Below, one piece after another: positions 1 to 8,705 of a stretch of DNA of 64,000 nucleotides (its first letter is position 1; each line of letters begins with the position of its first letter). Source of the DNA: Aureitalea sp. L0-47 (GTDB lineage: Bacteria > Bacteroidota > Bacteroidia > Flavobacteriales > Flavobacteriaceae); the NCBI RefSeq assembly GCF_026126405.1, contig NZ_JAFMTQ010000001.1:194610-258609 (forward strand). Direction: 5' to 3'. A program made the position numbers and the translations under genes. A model generated the notes under the pieces. The model saw only the letters and a list, made by a program, of their open reading frames with translations, was not told where the DNA came from and ran no database searches.

Positions 1-319
1 TAAGGCAACGACTTCCATGGAATTCCTTTTACAGGGAACTCAAACGATCAATAACCAGGTCATTAACCTGATAGATGTTGAAGAATTCGACGACAATGCC
101 ATCTTTTTCAGAGGAGGCGCCGGTTTGAGCTATCCGCTAACCGAGAACAGCAGCGTATACCTTCAGTACCTGTACGGTGAAAGTCTTGGATTGAATGATG
201 ATAATGGTGGCAGTACCAGTCAGGAAGAACTGCGAATTCAAACACATATGGTTGGTATCGGGATGCGTATCTCGATTCCTTCAAAGAAAGATGAAGAACA
301 AATCGATTCAGAAGAATAA
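1..319 (+). CDS. C-terminal fragment of an outer-membrane beta-barrel-like protein (gene begins left of window)
   Basis: Reading frame is open to the window edge. The alternating hydrophobic/polar segment (GGAGLSYPLTENSSVYLQYLYG) is typical of OMP beta strands. It ends with an acidic tail. Confidence 0.35.
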   Translation, partial: KATTSMEFLLQGTQTINNQVINLIDVEEFDDNAIFFRGGAGLSYPLTENSSVYLQYLYGESLGLNDDNGGSTSQEELRIQTHMVGIGMRISIPSKKDEEQIDSEE

Positions 320-331
320 AAGGAATTACTT

Positions 332-3300
332 ATGAAAAAATTAACCCTACTTTTCGTATTGCTGGTAAGCACATTTATCGCTTCGGCTCAGACAGACGGT
401 CTTAGCTATCAGGCGGTGATACTAGATCCTGAAGCACAGGAAATTCCGGGACAGGACATCACCAATAATGTGCTTATCAATAGTCCTGTTACAGTTCGTT
501 TTACAATTCTGAAACGCGACGGAACAACGCTTTACAGCGAAACTCAAAACACAAACACCGATTCTTTCGGAATGATTAGTCTAATCATTGGACAGGGAGC
601 TCCTACCAATGGTTTGTTTACCGAAATAGAATGGGATGGAGTGCCCAAAAACCTGCAGGTCGACATCAGCCTGGATGGTAATTTTAAACTGCTGAACAAA
701 GAGCCGTTAACATTTATACCATATGCTTTTCACCGAAATATTACAGCTACAGGAACATTGAGAGTGGATGGGGAGACGCTTCTTAATGATAACCTGGTGG
801 TTAATGGGGAAACCATTCTGAACGATGCTTTATCGGTAAATAATGAAAGCCCTTCAAACTTTACAGGGACCTTAGTGGTTGGTGGAACAACAACGCTGAA
901 CAATTCCCTGTCTGTGATAAACGAGAGCCCAACATTACTTACTGGAACACTTGATGTGGATGGAGCTACCCGACTTAACAGCACGCTGAATGTAGAAGAT
1001 GCTACTCAACTAAACAGTACACTTACGGTGGATGGGGAATCTACCCTGAATAGTTCACTTACTGTGGCAAATGAGAGCGCTACTTTTCTGTCGGGGTCAC
1101 TAACTGTAATTGGTGTTACCGACCTCAATAACGCAGTGAACATTAATAACGGGAGTCCTTTGAATGTAACAGGTAATCTGAATGTGGACGGTTCAACCAC
1201 ATTGAACGATGATCTAACCGTTAATGGAGACACCAATCTTAATAGTTTATTAAATGTAAACAATAGTAGCCCTTCGAATTTATCCGGAACATTGGATGTA
1301 GATGGAGCCACGACGCTGGGGAGTAGTTTACAAGTGCTTGGGCAGACCAACCTCGAGGATTTGCTTAATGTAAACAACCAAAGCCCAACCAATCTTAGCG
1401 GTAGTCTTACTGTAGATGGAGATACTAATTTGAATAGCAGTTTATCTGTGAACAATGGCGCACCTACATTCCTTTCAGGAACTTTGGACGTGCTTGGAGC
1501 GATCACTCTAAATAACAATCTCACCGTAAACGGTGTGACCAATCTGAATGACGATTTATTTGTAAATAACCAAAGTGCTACTTTTCTTTCCGGCAACTTG
1601 AATGTGGAAGGGGCAACGAGTTTAGATGATATACTCATCGTTCAAGGTGAAACAACCCTGCAAGATGATCTAACTGTGGCTAATGGGTCTTCGACTTTAC
1701 TTACTGGCTCACTCGATGTTAATTTGGAAGCCACATTGAACAACTCGCTGGACGTTACCAATGAAAGCCCAACCACATTAACCGGAACACTTAACGTAGA
1801 CGGTGAAACGACCTTGAATAATAATTTGGAAGTTGCAAATCAAAGCCCTACTGCATTAACAGGAACCCTAACCGTTGAGGGTATAAGTTCATTCTTGAAT
1901 TCGGTGAATGTTGAAAATCAAAGCCCCACGAATATGTCGGGGACATTAACAGTAGAAGGCGAAACCTTCCTTCGTAACACTCTCAACGTGAATAACCAAA
2001 GTGAATCCAACCTCGACGGAGATCTCAACGTAAATGGAGTTGCAACCTTCGATGACCAGGTAACCATAAACGGAGCAACCACCATCAACAATGATATGAC
2101 GGTTACAGGTACTGCTTTATTGGGTAGCATTTCTACTGAAACCATCGCGGTGGAGAGTAATAATTCAGGTTATGTGGCGACGTTTACCAACACAAACGCC
2201 GGAAACGGTGATGGAATACTTATCAAACTTGGGCGTAACTATGGCCTAAATGGAATTACTCCTTTACCAAATCCTTACCTTGATCAGGGTCCGAATGCAA
2301 ATCCGCTTTACTCAGAGGCAATTGCGCTGATGAAGGCCCAACTAGCCAGTCCCGGAGATATAACCCCGGCAGAGATCATAGGTGGTTTTGGTACGAGCGT
2401 AAATAACTTAAGGAGCGGTGCAATAGTAGCTGTGAACGATTTTGTTTTCAACCAGATAAATGGTTCGTTCGGAATGACGCCCACTAATGGAATAGACTTG
2501 CCGGGTGTATCTTTTCCGGTAACCAATATTCTTCAGGGGGCACAGATCTTTGGAGGTGTGACTATTCCTTTTGTAGGTATTACCATACCCGAAATAAATT
2601 TACCAAGTATAGACATTCTCCCGCAAAAACCAGGATTGCCTCCGGGTGTTTTGAATGCCGTAGTGCCGGATTTCATTCCCGGACTGCCTGTTTCACCTAA
2701 TAACGGCGGGCTGCCTCCGGTAACCATTCCGTTCATCCCGGCAGATGATGTGCCTATCTCGTTGTCTAAAGAGAATGTTTACGTCTCGTTCCGTGACACC
2801 AACGACCTGATCACAGGAGAGATCCGAGGCCAGTCCATCAGTGACTTTTATGCTTCCACAGTTTGTGACCCGGTATACTTACTGAATGTTGTTAGCTCGT
2901 TTGTTGGAGTCGATCTTCTGGATGGACTTACGGCAGGTGCTGTGGAATTAACCAACCTGGTTGATGCCTTTAATAAAATTGGAGTAGAGTACTCTTCCGG
3001 AAATGGGGATTACGCAGAATGGCTTGAACGACTTGACCCTTCCGAATACCTAACTGCAGGAGATATTGTTGCAGTAAAGGGAGGAAAGATAACAAAGGAC
3101 CTAAACGAACTAGAACAGATCATGGTAGTCTCACACAGGCCTATCATTCTTGGAAATGTGCCGGAAGAAGGAAAAGAAGGACTAGGTAACAACGTTGCAT
3201 TTATGGGACAAGTTCCTGTAAAAGTAATGGGGCCGGTGCGCTCCGGTGATTTCATTGTGGCACGAGCCGACATCTCCGGTTATGGTAAAGCGATTGCCTT

Positions 3301-3541
3301 GCAGGATATGACCTCGGAGGATTTTGTACTTGCTGTGGGTAGATCGTGGGAAGAAAACCTCAACCCTGGACCGAAGATGGTCAACACTGTTGTAGGTGTA
3401 CATAATGGTGACTGGGCCAATATCATGAAAAAACTTGAAGCCAAACAACGCTCTTACGAACAAAAGTTCAGGGCAATTGAGGCCCAGGTGGAAGCTTTGG
3501 AAGACAGAGCAGATGAATTGCTAATAGAATCCAATAAATAA
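332..3541 (+). CDS. Large secreted beta-helix-like repeat protein (fibre/adhesin-like), paralog 1
   Basis: Signal peptide MKKLTLLFVLLVSTFIASAQ. About 38 degenerate units of pattern L-x-V-x-G-x-T-x-L-N (12/12/14 aa periodicity). Pro-rich linker. Conserved ~260-aa C-terminal module ending in a heptad coiled coil. Confidence 0.85.
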   Translation: MKKLTLLFVLLVSTFIASAQTDGLSYQAVILDPEAQEIPGQDITNNVLINSPVTVRFTILKRDGTTLYSETQNTNTDSFGMISLIIGQGAPTNGLFTEIEWDGVPKNLQVDISLDGNFKLLNKEPLTFIPYAFHRNITATGTLRVDGETLLNDNLVVNGETILNDALSVNNESPSNFTGTLVVGGTTTLNNSLSVINESPTLLTGTLDVDGATRLNSTLNVEDATQLNSTLTVDGESTLNSSLTVANESATFLSGSLTVIGVTDLNNAVNINNGSPLNVTGNLNVDGSTTLNDDLTVNGDTNLNSLLNVNNSSPSNLSGTLDVDGATTLGSSLQVLGQTNLEDLLNVNNQSPTNLSGSLTVDGDTNLNSSLSVNNGAPTFLSGTLDVLGAITLNNNLTVNGVTNLNDDLFVNNQSATFLSGNLNVEGATSLDDILIVQGETTLQDDLTVANGSSTLLTGSLDVNLEATLNNSLDVTNESPTTLTGTLNVDGETTLNNNLEVANQSPTALTGTLTVEGISSFLNSVNVENQSPTNMSGTLTVEGETFLRNTLNVNNQSESNLDGDLNVNGVATFDDQVTINGATTINNDMTVTGTALLGSISTETIAVESNNSGYVATFTNTNAGNGDGILIKLGRNYGLNGITPLPNPYLDQGPNANPLYSEAIALMKAQLASPGDITPAEIIGGFGTSVNNLRSGAIVAVNDFVFNQINGSFGMTPTNGIDLPGVSFPVTNILQGAQIFGGVTIPFVGITIPEINLPSIDILPQKPGLPPGVLNAVVPDFIPGLPVSPNNGGLPPVTIPFIPADDVPISLSKENVYVSFRDTNDLITGEIRGQSISDFYASTVCDPVYLLNVVSSFVGVDLLDGLTAGAVELTNLVDAFNKIGVEYSSGNGDYAEWLERLDPSEYLTAGDIVAVKGGKITKDLNELEQIMVVSHRPIILGNVPEEGKEGLGNNVAFMGQVPVKVMGPVRSGDFIVARADISGYGKAIALQDMTSEDFVLAVGRSWEENLNPGPKMVNTVVGVHNGDWANIMKKLEAKQRSYEQKFRAIEAQVEALEDRADELLIESNK
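740..2132 (+). repeat. Intragenic degenerate tandem repeats (36-42 nt units) encoding LxVxGxTxLN beta-helix-like turns
   Basis: Protein-level periodicity is read directly. The region also generates many spurious antisense ORFs rich in S/T/P/V. Confidence 0.6.
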
Positions 3542-3550
3542 GGAGCTGTT

Positions 3551-6500
3551 ATGAAAAGATTTCTAATAATCATAGTCATATTGTCTGGAATTAGCGGACT
3601 GGCTCAAACCGACGGGCTTGTCTACCAGGCAACTATACTCGATCCAAATGCACAGCAGGTCCCTGGTCAGGATATCACAGGGAATGTGCTTCCTGATACA
3701 GACCTTTTACTTCGCTTCACGGTTACATCCGAGTTAAACGGAGTTGAATTTCAGGAAGTACAGGAAACCAGAACCGATGCCTATGGAATGGTGAAAGTGA
3801 TCATCGGGCAGGGAGATGCCGTTATAGGAAATTTTGATGAAATCGATTGGAACGGAGCTCGCAAAGACCTAAATGTCGATCTCAATCTAAATGGAGAATT
3901 CGTGGCGCTGAGTAGTCAGCAATTATTATTTCTGCCGTATTCCTTCCACCGAAATATTACTGCTACCGGAACCGTAACTGTGGACAGGGATGCTTTGTTC
4001 AAAGACAGGCTTGTGGTAGATGGAGTGACAGACCTGAATGGTTTGCTTAGTGTTCGAAACTTTAGCCCCGTAGACCTTACAGGCTCCATGGAAGTTGGAC
4101 TTCCCACCACCTTGAAAGATTCATTGTTGGTGAACCAGGAGGCGCCTACTTTTCTAAATGGGACTTTAAGAGTAGATCAGGAAACACAACTAAATAGTAC
4201 CCTTGAGGTTGGGGAAGCCACGAGACTGGCAAGTACATTGGAGGTCACCGAAGCAACGGTAATGAATGATAACTTAAAAGTTACCCAGCAAAGCCCAACG
4301 CTTCTAACCGGGACACTTGAAGTTGACGGGATTACTAATTTTAATAATACCGTTAATATCAATAATGGAAGTCCTCTGAATTTATCCGGTGATCTTACCG
4401 TAGACGGAGAAGTGATCTTTGATAATGACCTAACTGTTCAAGGCGATACGAATCTGAACAGCTCCCTTTCGGTGAATAATATGAGTCCCACAAATTTGTC
4501 GGGAACATTGAATACGAGTGGACAAACCACTTTGAATGATGTGTTGTTGGTAAATGGTGCAACCAATCTGGACAACCTGTTGAACGTTAATAACGCAAGT
4601 CCAACCAACCTTTCAGGAACACTCACTGTAGACCTGGCAACCAACCTCAACAGTGCATTGAATGTAAACAATGGGAGCCCTACTTTGCTTACCGGGCCAT
4701 TGAATGTGAATGGTGAGATCGACTTCGGAAATGACCTTGAAGTGAACGGCATCACAAATCTCAATGACGAGCTTATTGTTAATAACGGTAGTGCTACCGC
4801 ATTATCCGGAAACTTGAATACGGATGGAGAAACAGCATTGAACAGTACATTAGAAGTGGTAGGGACGACTACTTTGAATAATGACCTTACAGTTGCCGAT
4901 CAATCCAGTACAGTTTTATCGGGTATGCTCACGGTGGATGGTCCTAGTACATTCAATGTTTCATTGGATGTTGAGAATTCAAGTCCAACAGGCTTAAACG
5001 GACGTCTATCGGTAGATGGAATCACTACATTTCAGAATGATCTTACCGTAGCCAATACGGCATCATCATTATTTACAGGGGAGTTCGTTGTGGATGGCGT
5101 ATCCACCATGAATAATGAACTAAGAGTCGATAATTCGGCCCAAACAAAGCTTACCGGGCTGTTGGATGTTGAAGGAGTGACAGCGTTGAATAACGCGTTG
5201 AATGTTACGAATGGTAATACTACAAACATGTCAGGGGAACTAAACGTGGCTGGGTTGAGTACCTTTAATAATCTGGTAAACATTTCCGGATTTACATTTA
5301 TTCAAAATGATCTTACGGTTACCGGATTGTCCGATATACGAACGCTTCAGGCAGGTTCGATCTCAATTGAAAGTGACTCGGCCGAATTCGTCGCATCTTT
5401 TTCAAACACCAGTGATTTTACAAACGGAGATGGTATAAAGATCACTTTGGGGAATAATCACGGAAGATTTCTAAACGGTGGTGTGTTCAAAATAGACCAA
5501 ACCCTTGTGAGTAACGACCCGGGAGCACAGAATCCACCCCCAGCTACAGATCCAACTTATGTTACGGCTTTCAATACCTTAAAGCAGGCACTCGTAAATA
5601 ACTCACCTCAGTTTTCAGTGAACGATGTGATCGCCTTACTACCATCTTTCCGAAATTATTCGATAGCCAATATTAACAACCTGTTACTTCAGGAGATAAA
5701 TGCCCAGTTAGGCCTTCCTAAGAATTTACCCAGTGTTGTTTCACCTTCATTCTTCATAGATCAGGTTATACCTCCGGGAAGTCCATCACTTTCATTGCCG
5801 TTAACTGTATTCCCCGGAATTAATGGGGCGTGTTCGGGGCAATCGTGCTTTAGTGTATGTGTTCCTTTTGCAGGCTGTGTGACGGTTTGTGTACCACCCG
5901 TAAATGTATGTGTGCCGGATATTCCTCCTTTGGTAATCCCTGAACTCTTTGCACCTGCGCTTACGCTCCAGGGAACCATTCCAAATTTCTTACCATCCCT
6001 ACCGTTTCTGCAGGAACCGGGTATACCTTCTGTGCTGATTCCAAATATACCCACAGTGAATATTACTGAAACCCTGTCTTCGGAAAATCACTATTTAACT
6101 TTCCAGGATGTGAATGATGTTCAAACGGGAGCGGTAAAAGCACAGTCCATCGAAGATTTTGCCAATAATACACTTTTGGATGACGTATATGTCTTCAATG
6201 TGGCAAGTAATTTTATAGGAATTGATCTTGCCGATGGAATTTCGAGTGGAGCTTCCGCCATAGTAGGATTGATTAGTGAATTCAACAAATTAGGAGTTGA
6301 ATACGCATCAGGAAACGGAGATTATTCAGAGTGGTTGGAGCGAGTTGATGTAAACGAATATCTGACTGCTGGTGACATCATTGCCGTAAAAGGTGGAAAG
6401 ATAACAAAGGATTATAATGGGTACGAACAACTGATGATCGTTTCCCACAGGCCCATTGTACTTGGGAACGCACCCCAGAAGGGAAGGGAGCATTTAGGAA

Positions 6501-6865
6501 ATACCATTGCCTTTATCGGACAAGTTCCTGCCAAGGTAATTGGGCCGGTAAAACGCGGTGATTATATCGTTGCGAGAAGCGAGTTCCAAGGCTATGGTGT
6601 AGCTGTAAGCCCTTCGGAAATGACAACTGAAGACTTCAGAATGGCTGTAGGAAGATCCTGGGAAGAAAACCTGAATCAAGGCCCAAAGATGGTTAACACA
6701 GTTGTCGGAATTCAGAACGGTGACTTCAGGTCACGAGTTGAAAAGCTTCAGAAAGAACAACGGCAATTAGACAATTCAATAGAAACCTTAGAATCGAAAT
6801 TAGAGCGAATTGCCCAAAAGCTATCGCTTTCAGAAAATAGCAATGATTATGCGAGTAACAAATAG
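3551..6865 (+). CDS. Large secreted beta-helix-like repeat protein, paralog 2, with Cys-rich VCVP insert
   Basis: Signal peptide MKRFLIIIVILSGISGLAQ. Same three-part architecture as 332-3541. The N-domain (TDGLxYQAxILDP...PYxFHRNITATGT) and C-domain (SGNGDYxEWLER...GDIxAVKGGKITKD...VGRSWEENLN) align closely with paralog 1. Confidence 0.85.
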   Translation: MKRFLIIIVILSGISGLAQTDGLVYQATILDPNAQQVPGQDITGNVLPDTDLLLRFTVTSELNGVEFQEVQETRTDAYGMVKVIIGQGDAVIGNFDEIDWNGARKDLNVDLNLNGEFVALSSQQLLFLPYSFHRNITATGTVTVDRDALFKDRLVVDGVTDLNGLLSVRNFSPVDLTGSMEVGLPTTLKDSLLVNQEAPTFLNGTLRVDQETQLNSTLEVGEATRLASTLEVTEATVMNDNLKVTQQSPTLLTGTLEVDGITNFNNTVNINNGSPLNLSGDLTVDGEVIFDNDLTVQGDTNLNSSLSVNNMSPTNLSGTLNTSGQTTLNDVLLVNGATNLDNLLNVNNASPTNLSGTLTVDLATNLNSALNVNNGSPTLLTGPLNVNGEIDFGNDLEVNGITNLNDELIVNNGSATALSGNLNTDGETALNSTLEVVGTTTLNNDLTVADQSSTVLSGMLTVDGPSTFNVSLDVENSSPTGLNGRLSVDGITTFQNDLTVANTASSLFTGEFVVDGVSTMNNELRVDNSAQTKLTGLLDVEGVTALNNALNVTNGNTTNMSGELNVAGLSTFNNLVNISGFTFIQNDLTVTGLSDIRTLQAGSISIESDSAEFVASFSNTSDFTNGDGIKITLGNNHGRFLNGGVFKIDQTLVSNDPGAQNPPPATDPTYVTAFNTLKQALVNNSPQFSVNDVIALLPSFRNYSIANINNLLLQEINAQLGLPKNLPSVVSPSFFIDQVIPPGSPSLSLPLTVFPGINGACSGQSCFSVCVPFAGCVTVCVPPVNVCVPDIPPLVIPELFAPALTLQGTIPNFLPSLPFLQEPGIPSVLIPNIPTVNITETLSSENHYLTFQDVNDVQTGAVKAQSIEDFANNTLLDDVYVFNVASNFIGIDLADGISSGASAIVGLISEFNKLGVEYASGNGDYSEWLERVDVNEYLTAGDIIAVKGGKITKDYNGYEQLMIVSHRPIVLGNAPQKGREHLGNTIAFIGQVPAKVIGPVKRGDYIVARSEFQGYGVAVSPSEMTTEDFRMAVGRSWEENLNQGPKMVNTVVGIQNGDFRSRVEKLQKEQRQLDNSIETLESKLERIAQKLSLSENSNDYASNK
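3959..5321 (+). repeat. Intragenic degenerate tandem repeats (same family as 740-2132)
   Basis: Same LxVxGxTxLN periodicity as paralog 1. Confidence 0.6.
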
Positions 6866-7439
6866 AATATATACTTTCCTGCTTGTTGGTTTCCTTATGA
6901 TGGGAACTGCAAGGTCTCAGGAAACTACCGAAGGATATACTTTTTCAAAAGAAGAACTGGCGCAGCTAAAATTGCAGAAGGAAAAGATGGATGAATGGAT
7001 AACCGTGCTGGAGACTCCTGGTGTTCGAATTGAGGGTAGTAAAATGATCTTCAGTGATGAAGCACAGAAGCTTATTAGCGATCACAACTACAGGATTAGT
7101 TGTTATCGTGAAGCCGGATATACATTTGCAGATGTGCAGGTAAGTTTGCAAAACAACGAATTACAAAAGGCTTTCTGGCAAATGATCAACCTGTATCCCG
7201 ACCACAAAGAGGAAGTATTGAAATACATATATGCCTACGACAATGTATTGCAAACGGATAAGGTGGTGACGGCTGCTTTTTACACCTATGGCTTTTTCGA
7301 CCCGGCAATAACTAAAATAGATAATGGAAGACCGGATGTATATCGCCCGGACCTCTTTGAAGGGCATTTGAAAAGTACCCGTGAAATCGTTTCGTACATA
7401 CTCTATTTCCGCAAGCAGAAAGAGCAGAAGCAAATTTAA
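6843..7439 (+). CDS. Small secreted hypothetical protein, start overlapping the end of paralog 2
   Basis: Signal-peptide-like MIMRVTNRIYTFLLVGFLMMGTARSQ. Overlaps the upstream stop codon by ~20 nt, so it is likely co-transcribed. An alternative start is at 6810. Confidence 0.55.
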   Translation: MIMRVTNRIYTFLLVGFLMMGTARSQETTEGYTFSKEELAQLKLQKEKMDEWITVLETPGVRIEGSKMIFSDEAQKLISDHNYRISCYREAGYTFADVQVSLQNNELQKAFWQMINLYPDHKEEVLKYIYAYDNVLQTDKVVTAAFYTYGFFDPAITKIDNGRPDVYRPDLFEGHLKSTREIVSYILYFRKQKEQKQI

Positions 7440-7500
7440 ATTAGCTAACTAATCAATATAGCCCAGGACCCGGCAGCTTTGTAGAATCTGTCGGGTTTTT

Positions 7501-8655
7501 TTAATAGCCAAAGTCTTCCTTGATCCTATCCGCTTTATCCAGCATAAGATCCACGGTGATAAAGTCTACCTCCTCCTTGTCGAAGGCACCCTGAAAGGTA
7601 CGCATGGCCTTTTTGGGTTCCCCTGTTTCCTCATAGAACCTGGCCATGTAATAGTCTCCCAGCACCGTATCCGGATATTGTCGTTGTGCCATAGAAGCGA
7701 TCTCACGAAGTGATTCCCATTGTTTCTTCTTTTCGGCGGCAGTTGCGGTTGCTATGAAATCGTTGATACGAATCGGGTTGCTAAGACCAAAAAGGTCTTC
7801 GATGGTCATGTATTTATCCTGAAGGTAATGGTGGACAGGAGTTTCCAGTTTCATGATTACATCGGAGTACTCCTGTTTGCTGATGGGACGGTACACAGAA
7901 AAGATCTTTTCCATGGCAGAGGGAATGGCCCTAGCCACCAGGGAATAGTGCGTGGCTCCTTCAAAATTGTCGTAATAGAATTTAAAACGATCCGAGTCCA
8001 GTGGTTTGAGTGATTTATTCAAATTCTCGCTTATCGCCATGAGGTCCTGGATGTCGTCTGTTCCTGTGGCCAGGTAATAAAATATCTTCGATTCGATAGA
8101 GGGGATGCGCTCAGGCAGCCGTTCGTCCATCATAGGAGCCAGGTCCGGGCTAAGGCTGATATACCCATTGAACAATGGCGGATCCTTAAAGAGATAATAG
8201 TTGATAAAATTGGCAGTAAAATCGTGCCCTACTGCGATTACGAATTTCGCGGTTCTGTAGTTGTCATCGATATATGGAATAAGTTCAAGCCCTACGAATT
8301 CGAAAAAATCAGCACCCTGGTCCGCAGGCATGAAGTTAGTGTCGTCGTAATTACAGTCGTCGTATCGTCCATCTCCCTGCATTACGCCCACTACGATACA
8401 TTCCGGCATATCTTCCCAATAAGCGAAATAATCTACATTTCCTGCTACAGGTTCGAAGAGGTAGTTTGCGTCCAGGACGATCACAATGGGGTAGGACTTC
8501 TCAACATTAGCTTCGTAATCCCTTGGGAGTTGAATTTTCAACCGTCGTGTGTCGTCCAGTTTATAAGAAGTAAATTCTTCATAAATAACTTTAGATTGGG
8601 CAAAGGCGTTAAAACTCAGGATTATGGTAAACGCCAGGGTCAGCAGTTGCTTCAT
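7501..8655 (-). CDS. Secreted esterase-fold (alpha/beta hydrolase) protein with C-terminal TPR-like region; nucleophile elbow reads GHDFT
   Basis: Signal peptide. The YPIVIVLDANY and VIAVGHDFTANF segments resemble the putative-esterase family. Confidence 0.45.
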   Translation of the reverse strand: MKQLLTLAFTIILSFNAFAQSKVIYEEFTSYKLDDTRRLKIQLPRDYEANVEKSYPIVIVLDANYLFEPVAGNVDYFAYWEDMPECIVVGVMQGDGRYDDCNYDDTNFMPADQGADFFEFVGLELIPYIDDNYRTAKFVIAVGHDFTANFINYYLFKDPPLFNGYISLSPDLAPMMDERLPERIPSIESKIFYYLATGTDDIQDLMAISENLNKSLKPLDSDRFKFYYDNFEGATHYSLVARAIPSAMEKIFSVYRPISKQEYSDVIMKLETPVHHYLQDKYMTIEDLFGLSNPIRINDFIATATAAEKKKQWESLREIASMAQRQYPDTVLGDYYMARFYEETGEPKKAMRTFQGAFDKEEVDFITVDLMLDKADRIKEDFGY

Positions 8656-8705
8656 AAGATAGGAAGTTTTGGTCCTGAAAGATAGTAAATTTTGAAAATG
8701 CCAGC

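Noticed and set aside
2771-3541. Assigning the C-terminal module of the giant proteins to the phage tail-fibre intramolecular-chaperone (peptidase S74) domain
   Set aside because: The diagnostic Ser-Lys dyad context (S-D-x-R-x-K) and the downstream conserved blocks of S74 are not present. The similarity is limited to position and a following coiled coil. The module is left as unassigned.
730-6679. Numerous 60-210-aa ORFs on the minus strand inside the two giant genes (e.g. 730-984, 1006-1638, 4438-4764, 5761-6054)
   Set aside because: They are antisense to a long, well-supported coding frame. Their S/T/P/V-rich low-complexity translations mirror the sense-strand repeats. They are artefacts of repetitive codon usage.
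6810-6842. Upstream ATG (6810) as start of the small secreted protein
   Set aside because: Starting at 6843/6849 gives a proper n-h-c signal peptide. The 6810 start would add 11 residues upstream of the positively charged n-region. Both are reported as possible.
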